A stretch of 62,843 bases of DNA from a virus (taxonomy: Duplodnaviria > Heunggongvirae > Uroviricota > Caudoviricetes): positions 64,001 to 126,843 of the IMG/VR virus record IMGVR_UViG_3300021963_000042; one strand, 5' to 3'. Position numbers and translations under genes: made by a program. Shown one piece after another: positions 37,837-46,003 of the stretch. A model generated the notes under the pieces. The model was given only the letters and a program-made list of their open reading frames with translations, was not told the origin of the DNA and made no database searches. How positions within the stretch are numbered: the stretch's first letter is position 1; every line of letters starts with the position of its first letter.

Positions 37837-38193
37837 TTATTTGATGTATTTACTCATATCGGGTGGTTGCCAACCCTCAGGTTTCAAAATTTTACCATCT
37901 TCACGACGACGAACCTTGCCAGTAACAGGGTCTACCTTCGCCATGTTTGTTTTAACAACTTCGTCCCATGCACCAGCGACATTATATCCTTTCATGTGAC
38001 AGAATCCAAGGATAACCCAAATCATGTCCATGCACGCATCGAGAGATTCGACCTCATCCATAGCTGCACGAGCATCACGAAATTCGTTGTACTCTTCAAT
38101 AATAAGATTATGATAAAGTGTAGCATTAGACTCAGAAGGTTTCTGGTCGCATGCTTGCTGAAACAAAAGTACGTCTAGTGGCATTCCCATCAT
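37837..38193 (-). CDS. MazG-like NTP pyrophosphohydrolase (PRA-PH-like)
   Basis: LIIEEYNEF, DACMDMIWV, AWDEVVKTNMAK, REDGKILKPEGW. Confidence 0.82.
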   Translation of the reverse strand: MMGMPLDVLLFQQACDQKPSESNATLYHNLIIEEYNEFRDARAAMDEVESLDACMDMIWVILGFCHMKGYNVAGAWDEVVKTNMAKVDPVTGKVRRREDGKILKPEGWQPPDMSKYIK

Positions 38194-38447
38194 TTGTTCC
38201 TCTCAGTGTCAAAGTAAGATTCGTGGTGTTGTAAATCTAGTCCATCGAAGTTTACGTCTGGTGTCCAAGGTTCATCACTAACAAACTCTAAGTTCCCATC
38301 AGTAACAAATCCTGTTCCACGCAAAAATAATTCCAAGTGTTCAAGAATCTCTGGCAAGTAATCGCAGTAGAATTCATAATTAACTTTAGTTCCGTCGGGG
38401 TTGCCTTGCAAATCAGTATGCTCAGCGATAAGTGTAAATTTCGGCAT
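38190..38447 (-). CDS. Hypothetical protein
   Basis: ORF in operon; FLRGTGF motif. Confidence 0.6.
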   Translation of the reverse strand: MPKFTLIAEHTDLQGNPDGTKVNYEFYCDYLPEILEHLELFLRGTGFVTDGNLEFVSDEPWTPDVNFDGLDLQHHESYFDTERNK

Positions 38448-38626
38448 TAGTCTTGCTCCTGTAATGTCAATTTAAGTTTTTCAATCTTTTCCCTAAGCTG
38501 CCAGTTTTCTTCTTCTAATTTCATAACTTGTCCAAAAAGGAAAGCCACTGCTTCTTCGATTTCATCTGGACAAATTTTATTCTTAATGTCTTCAACTCTG
38601 CTTTGCATTTTCTGATGTGTCAGCAT
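38447..38626 (-). CDS. Hypothetical coiled-coil protein (59 aa; not in ORF track)
   Basis: MLTHQKMQSRVEDIKNKICPDEIEEAVAFLFGQVMKLEEENWQLREKIEKLKLTLQEQD*; fills operon gap. Confidence 0.55.
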   Translation of the reverse strand: MLTHQKMQSRVEDIKNKICPDEIEEAVAFLFGQVMKLEEENWQLREKIEKLKLTLQEQD

Positions 38627-38795
38627 CTTTTTTCCTTAAAGTCCAAGAACCATTTTTGTTGTCAATCCATTCAAGGACGTCACCATTCTTCCAGCCAGCA
38701 GATTCTAAAATTTCATCAGTGAATGGCAGAACCAGATCACCACTACCATCATCTGCTTCCTCAAGTGTGATAATCCAACTTTTGTTTTCAGTCAT
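38592..38795 (-). CDS. AbrB/SpoVT-like small DNA-binding protein
   Basis: ITLEE.DDG.GDLVLPFTDEILE..GW..GD.LEW. Confidence 0.6.
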   Translation of the reverse strand: MTENKSWIITLEEADDGSGDLVLPFTDEILESAGWKNGDVLEWIDNKNGSWTLRKKDADTSENAKQS

Positions 38796-39129
38796 AATTT
38801 ATCTCCAACCAATTAGTGTCTTGCGGTAGAATTTCAATAGTGATGCCATGTTGCTTTGATCGTTCAATCATACCATCAAGAACACCACCACCATACATGT
38901 TGGTGCCATAACAGTCTTTATGACATTCATAAACAGAACCAGAACTACCCTCGAAGGAATAAACGAATCCCTCGAGAGTAGCCTTAGTGATACCACTGTT
39001 TAATTTCCAAGAATCAGAACCTGCATAACCACCATACCAGCAAGCAAAAATTTTGTATACTGGTGTGGGATGATCTTTGTAGCCACTAATCTTGACACCT
39101 ACCCATTTATCTGGACGATACATACTCAT
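38788..39129 (-). CDS. Conserved phage hypothetical protein
   Basis: PDKWV.VKI...YKIFA.WYGGYAGSDSWKLNSGI. Confidence 0.7.
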   Translation of the reverse strand: MSMYRPDKWVGVKISGYKDHPTPVYKIFACWYGGYAGSDSWKLNSGITKATLEGFVYSFEGSSGSVYECHKDCYGTNMYGGGVLDGMIERSKQHGITIEILPQDTNWLEINYD

Positions 39130-39989
39130 AATTCAATCACCTTCAATGTAAAGTTATCCGCAATGTCTTCGTGACCATCGTAACCACGTGGATTGCAAAC
39201 GACACGAGTACTACCAATCATATAATCAAACAACTCATGAGTATGGCCATGTGTCCACAGTTTAATTCCTGGTCGTTCCAAAATAAACTCAGTAAGGTCG
39301 CTGTGATATCCACCATTCATAATTTGGTCATCTTTGTAACGAGGATGACACGAAACATGAGAAGGTGTATGGTGACCAACAACTACTACGCTCTTCCAAG
39401 GTGGCGTATCAGCGTAAACTGTCTTGATATAATCCAGACATTTCTTGTGTTCTTCAACAGCGTCTTCAGGGCAGAAGATTGCTTCACGTGTATGAAACTT
39501 ACCTTCGGTATCTCTGAAGTTTACCACACGATTAGAGTTCTTGACGATACGGAAGTCGTTCATCATACGCTTCATCGCATGCAACGTAATTGGGTCTTCT
39601 TTGTTCATATCAGTCCACAAAGTAGAACCAATAAACCGAACATCGCCAAGATCAAACACTTCACGATCGAGGATGTGAAGGTTTTCGTGATGCGCAAGTT
39701 TACGCTTCAATTCATTGAGTGTGTGCGCAAAGTCACCATGGTAATGCTCATGATTACCAGCAACGTAAATTACGTGGGGAAATTGAAAACAAACACGATT
39801 GAAGAAGTCGTGAAAACGCTGTGAACGAGCACGTGCGAAACCCAGTTCTTCTTGACGACGATCGTACATATCCAAGTCACGTTCGACAAGGATGTCACCT
39901 GACAAAATCAACACATCGATGTTGTCTTCGTTTTTTATAAACAGATCCCCAAACTCTAAGTGGAGGTCTGAACAGATTGCAATCTTCAT
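39126..39989 (-). CDS. Calcineurin-like metallophosphoesterase
   Basis: SDLHLEF, GDI, AGNHEHY, VVGHHTPS, WTHGHTH, CNPRGY. Confidence 0.9.
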   Translation of the reverse strand: MKIAICSDLHLEFGDLFIKNEDNIDVLILSGDILVERDLDMYDRRQEELGFARARSQRFHDFFNRVCFQFPHVIYVAGNHEHYHGDFAHTLNELKRKLAHHENLHILDREVFDLGDVRFIGSTLWTDMNKEDPITLHAMKRMMNDFRIVKNSNRVVNFRDTEGKFHTREAIFCPEDAVEEHKKCLDYIKTVYADTPPWKSVVVVGHHTPSHVSCHPRYKDDQIMNGGYHSDLTEFILERPGIKLWTHGHTHELFDYMIGSTRVVCNPRGYDGHEDIADNFTLKVIEL

Positions 39990-40018
39990 AGGTATTCTCT
40001 CAAATTTTTTATAATACA

Positions 40019-40047
40019 ATTATACCTGAAAACAAGATTAATGTCAA
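40019..40047 (-). promoter_or_regulatory. Sigma70-type early promoter
   Basis: TTGACA-17bp-TATAAT. Confidence 0.8.
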
Positions 40048-40268
40048 GCCTTATTCAACATATATTTCTGCAAAACTATTTTTGCAATTTCATAATCTTT
40101 AGTTTTCTCTAAATGCTCATCGATGTAAGTGTCAAGTAATTCTTGAAGAGCAACCTTGTGTGTATACATCGCTGCCAGTTTTTCTGGCGTCAACTCGATA
40201 AAGGGTTCAACTGAAATTGGTTCCCACTGTCCAGTTACACGATTGTATTTAAATTTGTAGATGTTCAT
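40044..40268 (-). CDS. Hypothetical protein
   Basis: 74 aa ORF in operon. Confidence 0.5.
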   Translation of the reverse strand: MNIYKFKYNRVTGQWEPISVEPFIELTPEKLAAMYTHKVALQELLDTYIDEHLEKTKDYEIAKIVLQKYMLNKA

Positions 40269-40582
40269 GGCATATAGATCTTTCCATCGTTATGTTCAAC
40301 TTCGATACCACGAACAATCATATCTGGCGTGTCGTCAATCCAAACATGAATGTTAATGTTATTAGCGTACATATATGCACGTTTACCTTGCATGGCAGTG
40401 AAGTAGCAGTTACCCACACCAACAACTTTACCGATAGAATCTAAAACTTCTGGATCGTAGCTATGTGAACGTGCTGTGACACAATACACCTTGTGACCAC
40501 TTAGTTGAGCCAGACGAATAAACTTGTCCCACATCTGCGGATCACGTGTATATGTGTCATCAAAATCAATTGCTATGTTCAT
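40265..40582 (-). CDS. HAD-like hydrolase
   Basis: IAIDFDDTYT (DxD), CVTAR, VWIDD. Confidence 0.72.
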   Translation of the reverse strand: MNIAIDFDDTYTRDPQMWDKFIRLAQLSGHKVYCVTARSHSYDPEVLDSIGKVVGVGNCYFTAMQGKRAYMYANNINIHVWIDDTPDMIVRGIEVEHNDGKIYMP

Positions 40583-40700
40583 TTTTAATCGCTTTCTGTT
40601 GCGCTTTACGCTCTTTCTTCCAGAAGATTCTCTTCCAGTCTTTTAGATGTTTCCACCATTGAGGACTCTTAGTCAGATTCCCTTGTTTTACGTTCGCCAT
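40566..40700 (-). CDS. Small basic protein (44 aa; not in ORF track)
   Basis: MANVKQGNLTKSPQWWKHLKDWKRIFWKKERKAQQKAIKNEHSN*. Confidence 0.55.
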   Translation of the reverse strand: MANVKQGNLTKSPQWWKHLKDWKRIFWKKERKAQQKAIKNEHSN

Positions 40701-40917
40701 ATAGTTCTCCACCAAAATCTTCTAAAACTTTATTCAGTCGTTTAACACGTACAATGTTACCTGCAACGTCTTCAGGATGTAACCAATAACCATCGGGATT
40801 ATCATCGCTCTTTGGATTAGCAGTCCACTGATCCAGCTCAGACTGCAGATAATCTCGATACTCAGTCAAAGTCAACCGAGTGATGTTGTTACATGTATCC
40901 ATATCTAAAGTAATCAT
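40669..40917 (-). CDS. Hypothetical protein
   Basis: 82 aa ORF in operon. Confidence 0.55.
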   Translation of the reverse strand: MITLDMDTCNNITRLTLTEYRDYLQSELDQWTANPKSDDNPDGYWLHPEDVAGNIVRVKRLNKVLEDFGGELYGERKTRESD

Positions 40918-41255
40918 CGTGACACCCTCAATTCTGCATCTGGATTATCCCAGCATGCGTTACGATATTTGTAAACAAAATTTACTAACCCATCATACGA
41001 ACCCCAACCATTCTCGGGATTATACTGTTTCAATCTTTCTGGTTCAGCCAGCAGAATATTAAACCCAAGATCAAGATACTCAGAGATATCCTTGGCAAAT
41101 TTAAAACCACATTCTTCTGGACGCCACATAACATCATACAAAGTTAAGTGTCCACCAAAATTAACTTCTCGAGCCATGGTGGTAAGATTGTGAGTAATGT
41201 TACCACTATAAACAGACACTGGTTGGGTCACCATTAAATCAACATCTAAACTCAT
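40914..41255 (-). CDS. Conserved phage hypothetical protein
   Basis: MSLDVDL...NITHNL..MA...LY.VMWRP...NPENGWGSYDGL. Confidence 0.7.
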   Translation of the reverse strand: MSLDVDLMVTQPVSVYSGNITHNLTTMAREVNFGGHLTLYDVMWRPEECGFKFAKDISEYLDLGFNILLAEPERLKQYNPENGWGSYDGLVNFVYKYRNACWDNPDAELRVSR

Positions 41256-41256
41256 A

Positions 41257-41880
41257 TTATACTCCTGAAGCCAACACAATCTTACATATATGCTCAAGTC
41301 GTTCAATATGCTCATAAGCACGCCATGGCGAGGTATCAATAGCCACTACTCCGTGTCCTTTAATTCCAACAATATCGTACGCAATATTACCGTGTTCATC
41401 TAGTTCTAGATTTCTAAAGCAACTATCTGCCAATTCCTGAGAGATAGGCGGAACATCACCAACATTGGGTGCTACCCGAGTATAACGATTTAGTTCTGGG
41501 AACGCATCACTAATGGTTGAGAGATCGATGCCCCGATGCATTGCTGCAATACAGTAAGTGGGGTGAACATGAACCACCACTCGAACATCATTACTATGTT
41601 GCCCCATGTTTCTCTGTAGACCAAAGTGTAAGGGGATCTCTCCGCTGGGCTTTAGATTCTTACTGATGTCAGTATATGGTAAGTCCAACCAATTGTCATT
41701 GACCTTGGAAAATGCAATCTTTTTAAACTGATCGGGTTGTAGAGTCTGCTTACGCACACCACTGGGTGTGATATAAAAGTGATCTCGATCGTGGTGACGA
41801 ATACTTACGTTACCATCACGAGAGGTGATCCAGTTACGCTTGTATGCATCTTCCAGCACTTCACAAATAGTTTCTAACAT
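41257..41880 (-). CDS. Class II aldolase/adducin family protein
   Basis: DGNVSIR, FYITPSG..K, PSGEIPLH, VVVHVHPTY, GHGVVA, EHIERLEH. Confidence 0.88.
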   Translation of the reverse strand: MLETICEVLEDAYKRNWITSRDGNVSIRHHDRDHFYITPSGVRKQTLQPDQFKKIAFSKVNDNWLDLPYTDISKNLKPSGEIPLHFGLQRNMGQHSNDVRVVVHVHPTYCIAAMHRGIDLSTISDAFPELNRYTRVAPNVGDVPPISQELADSCFRNLELDEHGNIAYDIVGIKGHGVVAIDTSPWRAYEHIERLEHICKIVLASGV

Positions 41881-41935
41881 TTACGTTTAATCCTTAATAC
41901 TAATCCAACCATCAATACAATAAAAAGTAGTGTAA

Positions 41936-42349
41936 TCATTCTAAGTCCCTGCCTTCAAAAATATAGTGTCCGCCACGTCGACTCTGCACCCAAGTGATAC
42001 TCCAGATCATCCAGTTTTCCTGCATGGCTCGAATGATACTTTCGTTGCCAGACCAACCTGCAGTGGAGATATCATAGCGATAAACCTTCTTATCCTTGTC
42101 CCATTCATGGTCTTCCTCACCCTCATGCCATCCCCAAGAACGTAGATGCCAAATGCTGTTGATAAACTTAAACCAACCCTCAATATCGCTCCAGTGCCAC
42201 TTCTCAATGATCTCCAGAGCAGCGTCGGTGGGGTAGCCGTCGTCATCTAAAAAGTCACCTTCCTCCAGAAGCGAAGCGACTCGCTGTGCATTCTGCATAT
42301 CCTCAGCAGCCACACGGGCACGCACCTGCTCCATATCAATTTTCGTCAT
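41936..42349 (-). CDS. Conserved phage hypothetical protein
   Basis: STAGWSGNESII.AM...W...RRGGHY.F. Confidence 0.7.
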   Translation of the reverse strand: MTKIDMEQVRARVAAEDMQNAQRVASLLEEGDFLDDDGYPTDAALEIIEKWHWSDIEGWFKFINSIWHLRSWGWHEGEEDHEWDKDKKVYRYDISTAGWSGNESIIRAMQENWMIWSITWVQSRRGGHYIFEGRDLE

Positions 42350-42521
42350 CTTCTCTCTCCACGAAGTGGATTTCGGCGAGGAGAGTTACGTCGTACAACT
42401 CCAGCAAATCCAGATCACTCAGGTTTTCCATTTCCTCGAAAGTCATCGAGTGAATTTCCAGCAGACTTTCCTCATCATAAGCAAAGCACAGATATTCAAT
42501 AATCAATTCACGTAAAGTCAT
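42336..42521 (-). CDS. Acidic hypothetical protein
   Basis: MTLRELIIEYLCFAYDEE...; ATGA-coupled to upstream small ORF. Confidence 0.5.
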   Translation of the reverse strand: MTLRELIIEYLCFAYDEESLLEIHSMTFEEMENLSDLDLLELYDVTLLAEIHFVEREDDEN

Positions 42522-42619
42522 TCTACAATCCAAAGTATAATATTTGCAATAATGCTGAGAGCAATCGTAAGGAACACTCCAAACCAAATCGCACTCCAAA
42601 GTCTGCTCAAAATCGTCAC
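42518..42619 (-). CDS. Micro membrane protein (33 aa)
   Basis: GTG start; VTILSRLWSAIWFGVFLTIALSIIANIILWIVE*; GTGA/ATGA coupling at both ends. Confidence 0.5.
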   Translation of the reverse strand: MTILSRLWSAIWFGVFLTIALSIIANIILWIVE

Positions 42620-42753
42620 GAAGCCACCTGCTTAATAAACTCAATTATCATCTGCACATCTGACGGATCCAAGTGTAACCTGTGAGCAATCTCGATAAAA
42701 TCCAGATGTCGATCCATCAACTCTTTTACTTGCAAAACCCAATATCTGTTCAT
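42616..42753 (-). CDS. Small protein (45 aa), possibly HTH-like
   Basis: MNRYWVLQVKELMDRHLDFIEIAHRLHLDPSDVQMIIEFIKQVAS*; GGGGG RBS. Confidence 0.5.
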   Translation of the reverse strand: MNRYWVLQVKELMDRHLDFIEIAHRLHLDPSDVQMIIEFIKQVAS

Positions 42754-42802
42754 AGTAATTTCCCCCTATACAACTAAAACGTCTGAGGAGTCCCTACAGT
42801 TG

Positions 42803-42907
42803 TCACTTAAAACAATTATACACGAAAAACCCAATAAAGGCAAATTCCAGGAGTCCCGCTACAACCATTACTGCAATGTTCTGCCAAGTCCAATCAGTGT
42901 AAATCAT
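42803..42907 (-). CDS. Micro membrane protein (34 aa)
   Basis: MIYTDWTWQNIAVMVVAGLLEFAFIGFFVYNCFK*. Confidence 0.5.
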   Translation of the reverse strand: MIYTDWTWQNIAVMVVAGLLEFAFIGFFVYNCFK

Positions 42908-42919
42908 AGCGGAGTCCCG

Positions 42920-43018
42920 TTAAACCACCAATAAAAACAGTAAAAATGCCAGAATAGGATGACCAGTCATTATTAGGAATAATGCCACAATACACCCAAA
43001 GAATGCTCGATCATCCAT
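42920..43018 (-). CDS. Micro membrane protein (32 aa)
   Basis: MDDRAFFGCIVALFLIMTGHPILAFLLFLLVV*. Confidence 0.5.
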   Translation of the reverse strand: MDDRAFFGCIVALFLIMTGHPILAFLLFLLVV

Positions 43019-43027
43019 AGGAGTCCC

Positions 43028-43183
43028 TTACTTAAATGATGCCATCCACTCTAAAAGAATAGCCTTAGCTTCTTGTCGAGAAAGACTGAAAGATTGCTGC
43101 AGGTAAGGCGATGCGCCAAACATGTTGGTTACGCCAGAGTCCCGAAGGGCATTTAGAAATTGAAAATAAACTTGCTTATTCAT
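43028..43183 (-). CDS. Small conserved phage protein (51 aa)
   Basis: MNKQVYFQFLNALRDSGVTNMFGASPYLQQSFSLSRQEAKAILLEWMASFK*; LRDSG.TNMFGA.PYL motif. Confidence 0.7.
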   Translation of the reverse strand: MNKQVYFQFLNALRDSGVTNMFGASPYLQQSFSLSRQEAKAILLEWMASFK

Positions 43184-43380
43184 GATAGGAGTCCCTTAAA
43201 AAGATGTTAGTGAGAAAAACGGAGTCCCGTGGTGAAACGGAGTCCCTTAAATGCGGACGGAGTCCCTTAGTTTAAATGATGATGGTGGTTTATAAGTCTG
43301 AGCCATACAGGCGAAAAGGGGACCCATGAATTTTAGTCACGTTTTAGAACCCCTACCCCCTAGTCACACTTGGCTCATAC

Positions 43381-43593
43381 TCAGTACATACTCAGCACCT
43401 CAGCTGCTTCTGCGAAACCTTCGTTCTCTACAATTTCATCAATCTCTGCAATTGCAATCATTGATTCCAGCAATTCAATTTCCTGCTGATTCTGTGTACT
43501 CTTCCATTCCATGTACTCAGCATATCCATCTATTGCCCACATTGTATCCAGCAATTCCACCTGTCGAGGTGTCAGTCCATCAATTGTAATCAT
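43381..43593 (-). CDS. Hypothetical protein
   Basis: IDGLT..QVELLDTMWAI. Confidence 0.6.
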   Translation of the reverse strand: MITIDGLTPRQVELLDTMWAIDGYAEYMEWKSTQNQQEIELLESMIAIAEIDEIVENEGFAEAAEVLSMY

Positions 43594-43808
43594 AGTGATT
43601 CTCCATAGTGTATAGCATCGGCATCTGCAGACTCATCTGCATAGGTGTGTTGTTGGATGATTTTATTCCATCGTTCTTCCACCACATAGTTCACATAGTC
43701 CACTGGACAGTCCAATGTGGTTGCAATAGATGCACAGTCCATAGTGGTGTTATCCAACATCCTCTCTATGTATGGTATCAGCATGTGTATCTCAGACATT
43801 TTACTCAT
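43590..43808 (-). CDS. Hypothetical protein
   Basis: 72 aa, ATGA-coupled. Confidence 0.55.
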   Translation of the reverse strand: MSKMSEIHMLIPYIERMLDNTTMDCASIATTLDCPVDYVNYVVEERWNKIIQQHTYADESADADAIHYGESL

Positions 43809-43859
43809 TGTTCACTCTCTCTATACAGGGGTAGTGGAGGAGACCCCCCCCCTTAGGGT

Positions 43860-44798
43860 TTAGGCTGTAAGCATGTAGGTGGCGAGGTCTTTCCAGTCGC
43901 TGTTAGAAGCACGAACCTTGGATACAGAGATCAGGGTACGCAGAGACAGTTCTTTGCAGTCATCCTTGATTTCACGAATCAGAGCCAGTGCATCTGCAAT
44001 AATAGCCTTGTCATACTCAGGCATGAATTCAGGTGAATTTGCAATAGTCTCCATACGGTCGATTTTCTGATCCGTATTCATGGACAGGTCGATCATCATA
44101 GAACGACTACGAATGGCTTGGTCAATACGACCCTCATCCATGTTAGAGATGAAAATCACACGACCTTCGAAGTTGAACGAACGAGGCAGATCGTCGTCAC
44201 GCATATCAGCATTCCAGCTAATGATACGCTTACCGTAGCTGTCCAGAGCACCCTTCAACAGATTGAGGGCAACTGGGTCACGCAACACAGCGTCGCAGTC
44301 ATCGAACACCACGATGGATTTGTTGTTTTCGAACAGAGTACGGTACAGACCCTTAGCCGTAGAGAAACCCTTCACCATGGTGAAACACTTGCTCTTACGG
44401 ACAACAGTGCCGACTTGAAAGTCAGCCAGATCAGAGATGTCGGTATAGCCGTTGTTTTCCAAGGTTTTGGTCACAGTGTAAGTCTTACCCAGACCACCAG
44501 CACCAGTGATGACGGCAGAGGGCTGAACACCAGCAGCAACCATGGAAACCAACTTTTCCACGAACGAGAAACGCTGATTGATATTGAATTTCTCAGACTT
44601 GCTAGGCTCGATGGCAGCAGCAGAGCCCATGATCTTAGCGAAGTCAACTTTCTTACCAGTCAACTTCTTGTAGTGGAATTCAACGACTTCCTCAAGACCA
44701 CGACCAGACTTGCCAGTGGTCACTTTCTTGTCACCAAACATGATGACAGACTTACCAGAGACTTTGTCAGTATCGATCGTGATTTTCAGTTCGTTCAT
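43860..44798 (-). CDS. AAA+/P-loop NTPase-like early protein
   Basis: Walker A GAGGLGKT, Walker B IVVFDDCD, LLKGALD, VIFISN, AIRSRS (Arg finger). Confidence 0.8.
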   Translation of the reverse strand: MNELKITIDTDKVSGKSVIMFGDKKVTTGKSGRGLEEVVEFHYKKLTGKKVDFAKIMGSAAAIEPSKSEKFNINQRFSFVEKLVSMVAAGVQPSAVITGAGGLGKTYTVTKTLENNGYTDISDLADFQVGTVVRKSKCFTMVKGFSTAKGLYRTLFENNKSIVVFDDCDAVLRDPVALNLLKGALDSYGKRIISWNADMRDDDLPRSFNFEGRVIFISNMDEGRIDQAIRSRSMMIDLSMNTDQKIDRMETIANSPEFMPEYDKAIIADALALIREIKDDCKELSLRTLISVSKVRASNSDWKDLATYMLTA

Positions 44799-44828
44799 TT
44801 TCAGGTCCTTTTCTCAATTCGTTACACT

Positions 44829-44889
44829 ATTATACGTCGATTGCAATTTATTGTAAAGGACTTTGTACGACTACCGTAACTCGTTGATT
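44829..44889 (-). promoter_or_regulatory. Early promoter cassette: TTTACA-17-TATAAT + IHF-like box
   Basis: -10 at 44829-34, -35 at 44852-57, AATCAACGAGTTA at 44877-89. Confidence 0.75.
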
Positions 44890-44902
44890 TTAAAGGAGAA
44901 AA

Positions 44903-45052
44903 TTACCCTACAAAGTCGAGGGTTATTCCGTATAGAGGGGTTTCAGAGTGCCATTTCAGCCACTTTTGGACGATTTTTAGGGCTTCAGACTCATCTTTAG
45001 CCATAAATTCATAGACTTGGCTCAGTTCAGTAGTAATTTTTACAGACCACAT
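44903..45052 (-). CDS. Small protein (49 aa; not in ORF track)
   Basis: AGGAG RBS; MWSVKITTELSQVYEFMAKDESEALKIVQKWLKWHSETPLYGITLDFVG*. Confidence 0.55.
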   Translation of the reverse strand: MWSVKITTELSQVYEFMAKDESEALKIVQKWLKWHSETPLYGITLDFVG

Positions 45053-45076
45053 CAGGGTTTCTCCTAAAAGAGGTCT

Positions 45077-45105
45077 ATTTTACAGGAATTCAGTATTTTT
45101 GTAAA
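45077..45105 (-). promoter_or_regulatory. Sigma70-type early promoter
   Basis: TTTACA-17bp-TAAAAT. Confidence 0.65.
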
Positions 45106-45140
45106 GGACTAATTCACTCTCGATCAACCCTTACACCGTA

Positions 45141-45169
45141 ATTCTACCTGATTGTAAAATAAATTTCAA
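45141..45169 (-). promoter_or_regulatory. Sigma70-type early promoter
   Basis: TTGAAA-17bp-TAGAAT. Confidence 0.5.
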
Positions 45170-45195
45170 ATATTTCGGAGTTCAAACCCTTGCAA

Positions 45196-45534
45196 TCAGT
45201 CCACCTCTCGCCACAAGTCACCACCAGCCACGAAAGTTCCGTCTGGCTGGTCACTTTTCATTGGAGGCAAGTACAAATCCTCTGGGTCGACTACTTGTTC
45301 CTCAGGTATATCAGCCAGTTTCGCCTTCTCACGTAGCTTGAAACCCTCAGCATTCTTCCAGTTCGTCTCGGTGCGCTTACCCAGTAGATGTGTGGCACTC
45401 TGAGAGTGACTCATCTTCGCTCTTGTCGTGTCCGTGACCACACGTGCCTTGTTCGAGCATACCTTTGAGCAGTAAGGTCCACGCTTTTTATGGATGTCTG
45501 AGCAGACTGGACAGGTTTTTTGTTTGTATGTCAT
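45196..45534 (-). CDS. Hypothetical protein with CxxC...CxxxC zinc-finger-like N-terminus
   Basis: CPVC..HKKRGPYCSKVCSN. Confidence 0.6.
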   Translation of the reverse strand: MTYKQKTCPVCSDIHKKRGPYCSKVCSNKARVVTDTTRAKMSHSQSATHLLGKRTETNWKNAEGFKLREKAKLADIPEEQVVDPEDLYLPPMKSDQPDGTFVAGGDLWREVD

Positions 45535-45593
45535 ACGAAAGATGAGTAGACGAACAACACATTACTTTTTCGGCACATCCGTTCACTCCCTCA

Positions 45594-45806
45594 CTAAATA
45601 GGCACACAGCGTAGCCATAGTTCTCTCTCCACTATCCTTACACGTTTATCTTTCAGACCACTGGACGAGAGAGCATACCAATCTTCTCCTCGCTCTATCC
45701 ATAACTCTTCGTCCCACTCTTCAGCGGTATCATCTATCTTACCGTTACACCAGACTTTCACTGGAATATTCTTTGTAACTCCAAAGATTGTATATGGCTT
45801 TTTCAT
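45594..45806 (-). CDS. Hypothetical protein
   Basis: ORF in operon. Confidence 0.5.
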   Translation of the reverse strand: MKKPYTIFGVTKNIPVKVWCNGKIDDTAEEWDEELWIERGEDWYALSSSGLKDKRVRIVERELWLRCVPI

Positions 45807-46003
45807 CTCAGATCTGGTTCTTTCTCATAGCAGCTAAGACACACGGCATCATACCTTGGTCCACTATTAGGACTGATCGCTCCATTGCAGTACTTACAGA
45901 GAATAAACGCATGGGTTACGATAGATCCTTTTGGAGCACTGTACATTGGATAGAAACCTTCTTCTCTCTCTGTATAGCCTATAAGAGTTCTTTCTGTAAT
46001 CAT
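45803..46003 (-). CDS. Hypothetical protein (CxxC...CxxC)
   Basis: LCKYC...AVCLSC. Confidence 0.55.
   Translation of the reverse strand: MITERTLIGYTEREEGFYPMYSAPKGSIVTHAFILCKYCNGAISPNSGPRYDAVCLSCYEKEPDLR

Larger units (their letters stand above)
42787..43266. repeat. Array of 8 exact GGAGTCCC (minus strand GGGACTCC) direct repeats
   Basis: Copies at 42787, 42850, 42911, 43020, 43188, 43221, 43239, 43259; 7/8 copy at 43137. Confidence 0.9.

Noticed and set aside
42815-42843. TTGCCT-17-TATAAT promoter
   Set aside because: It lies wholly inside a plausible 34-aa membrane ORF and has a weaker -35; it cannot be distinguished from chance.
42787-43266. GGAGTCCC array as a CRISPR or mini-CRISPR array
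   Set aside because: The repeat is only 8-10 bp, spacing is irregular (18-168 bp), the intervals encode ORFs, and no cas genes are present.
44118-44879. 253-aa plus-strand ORF
   Set aside because: It is antisense to the AAA+ ATPase gene; the open frame is explained by that gene's codon bias.
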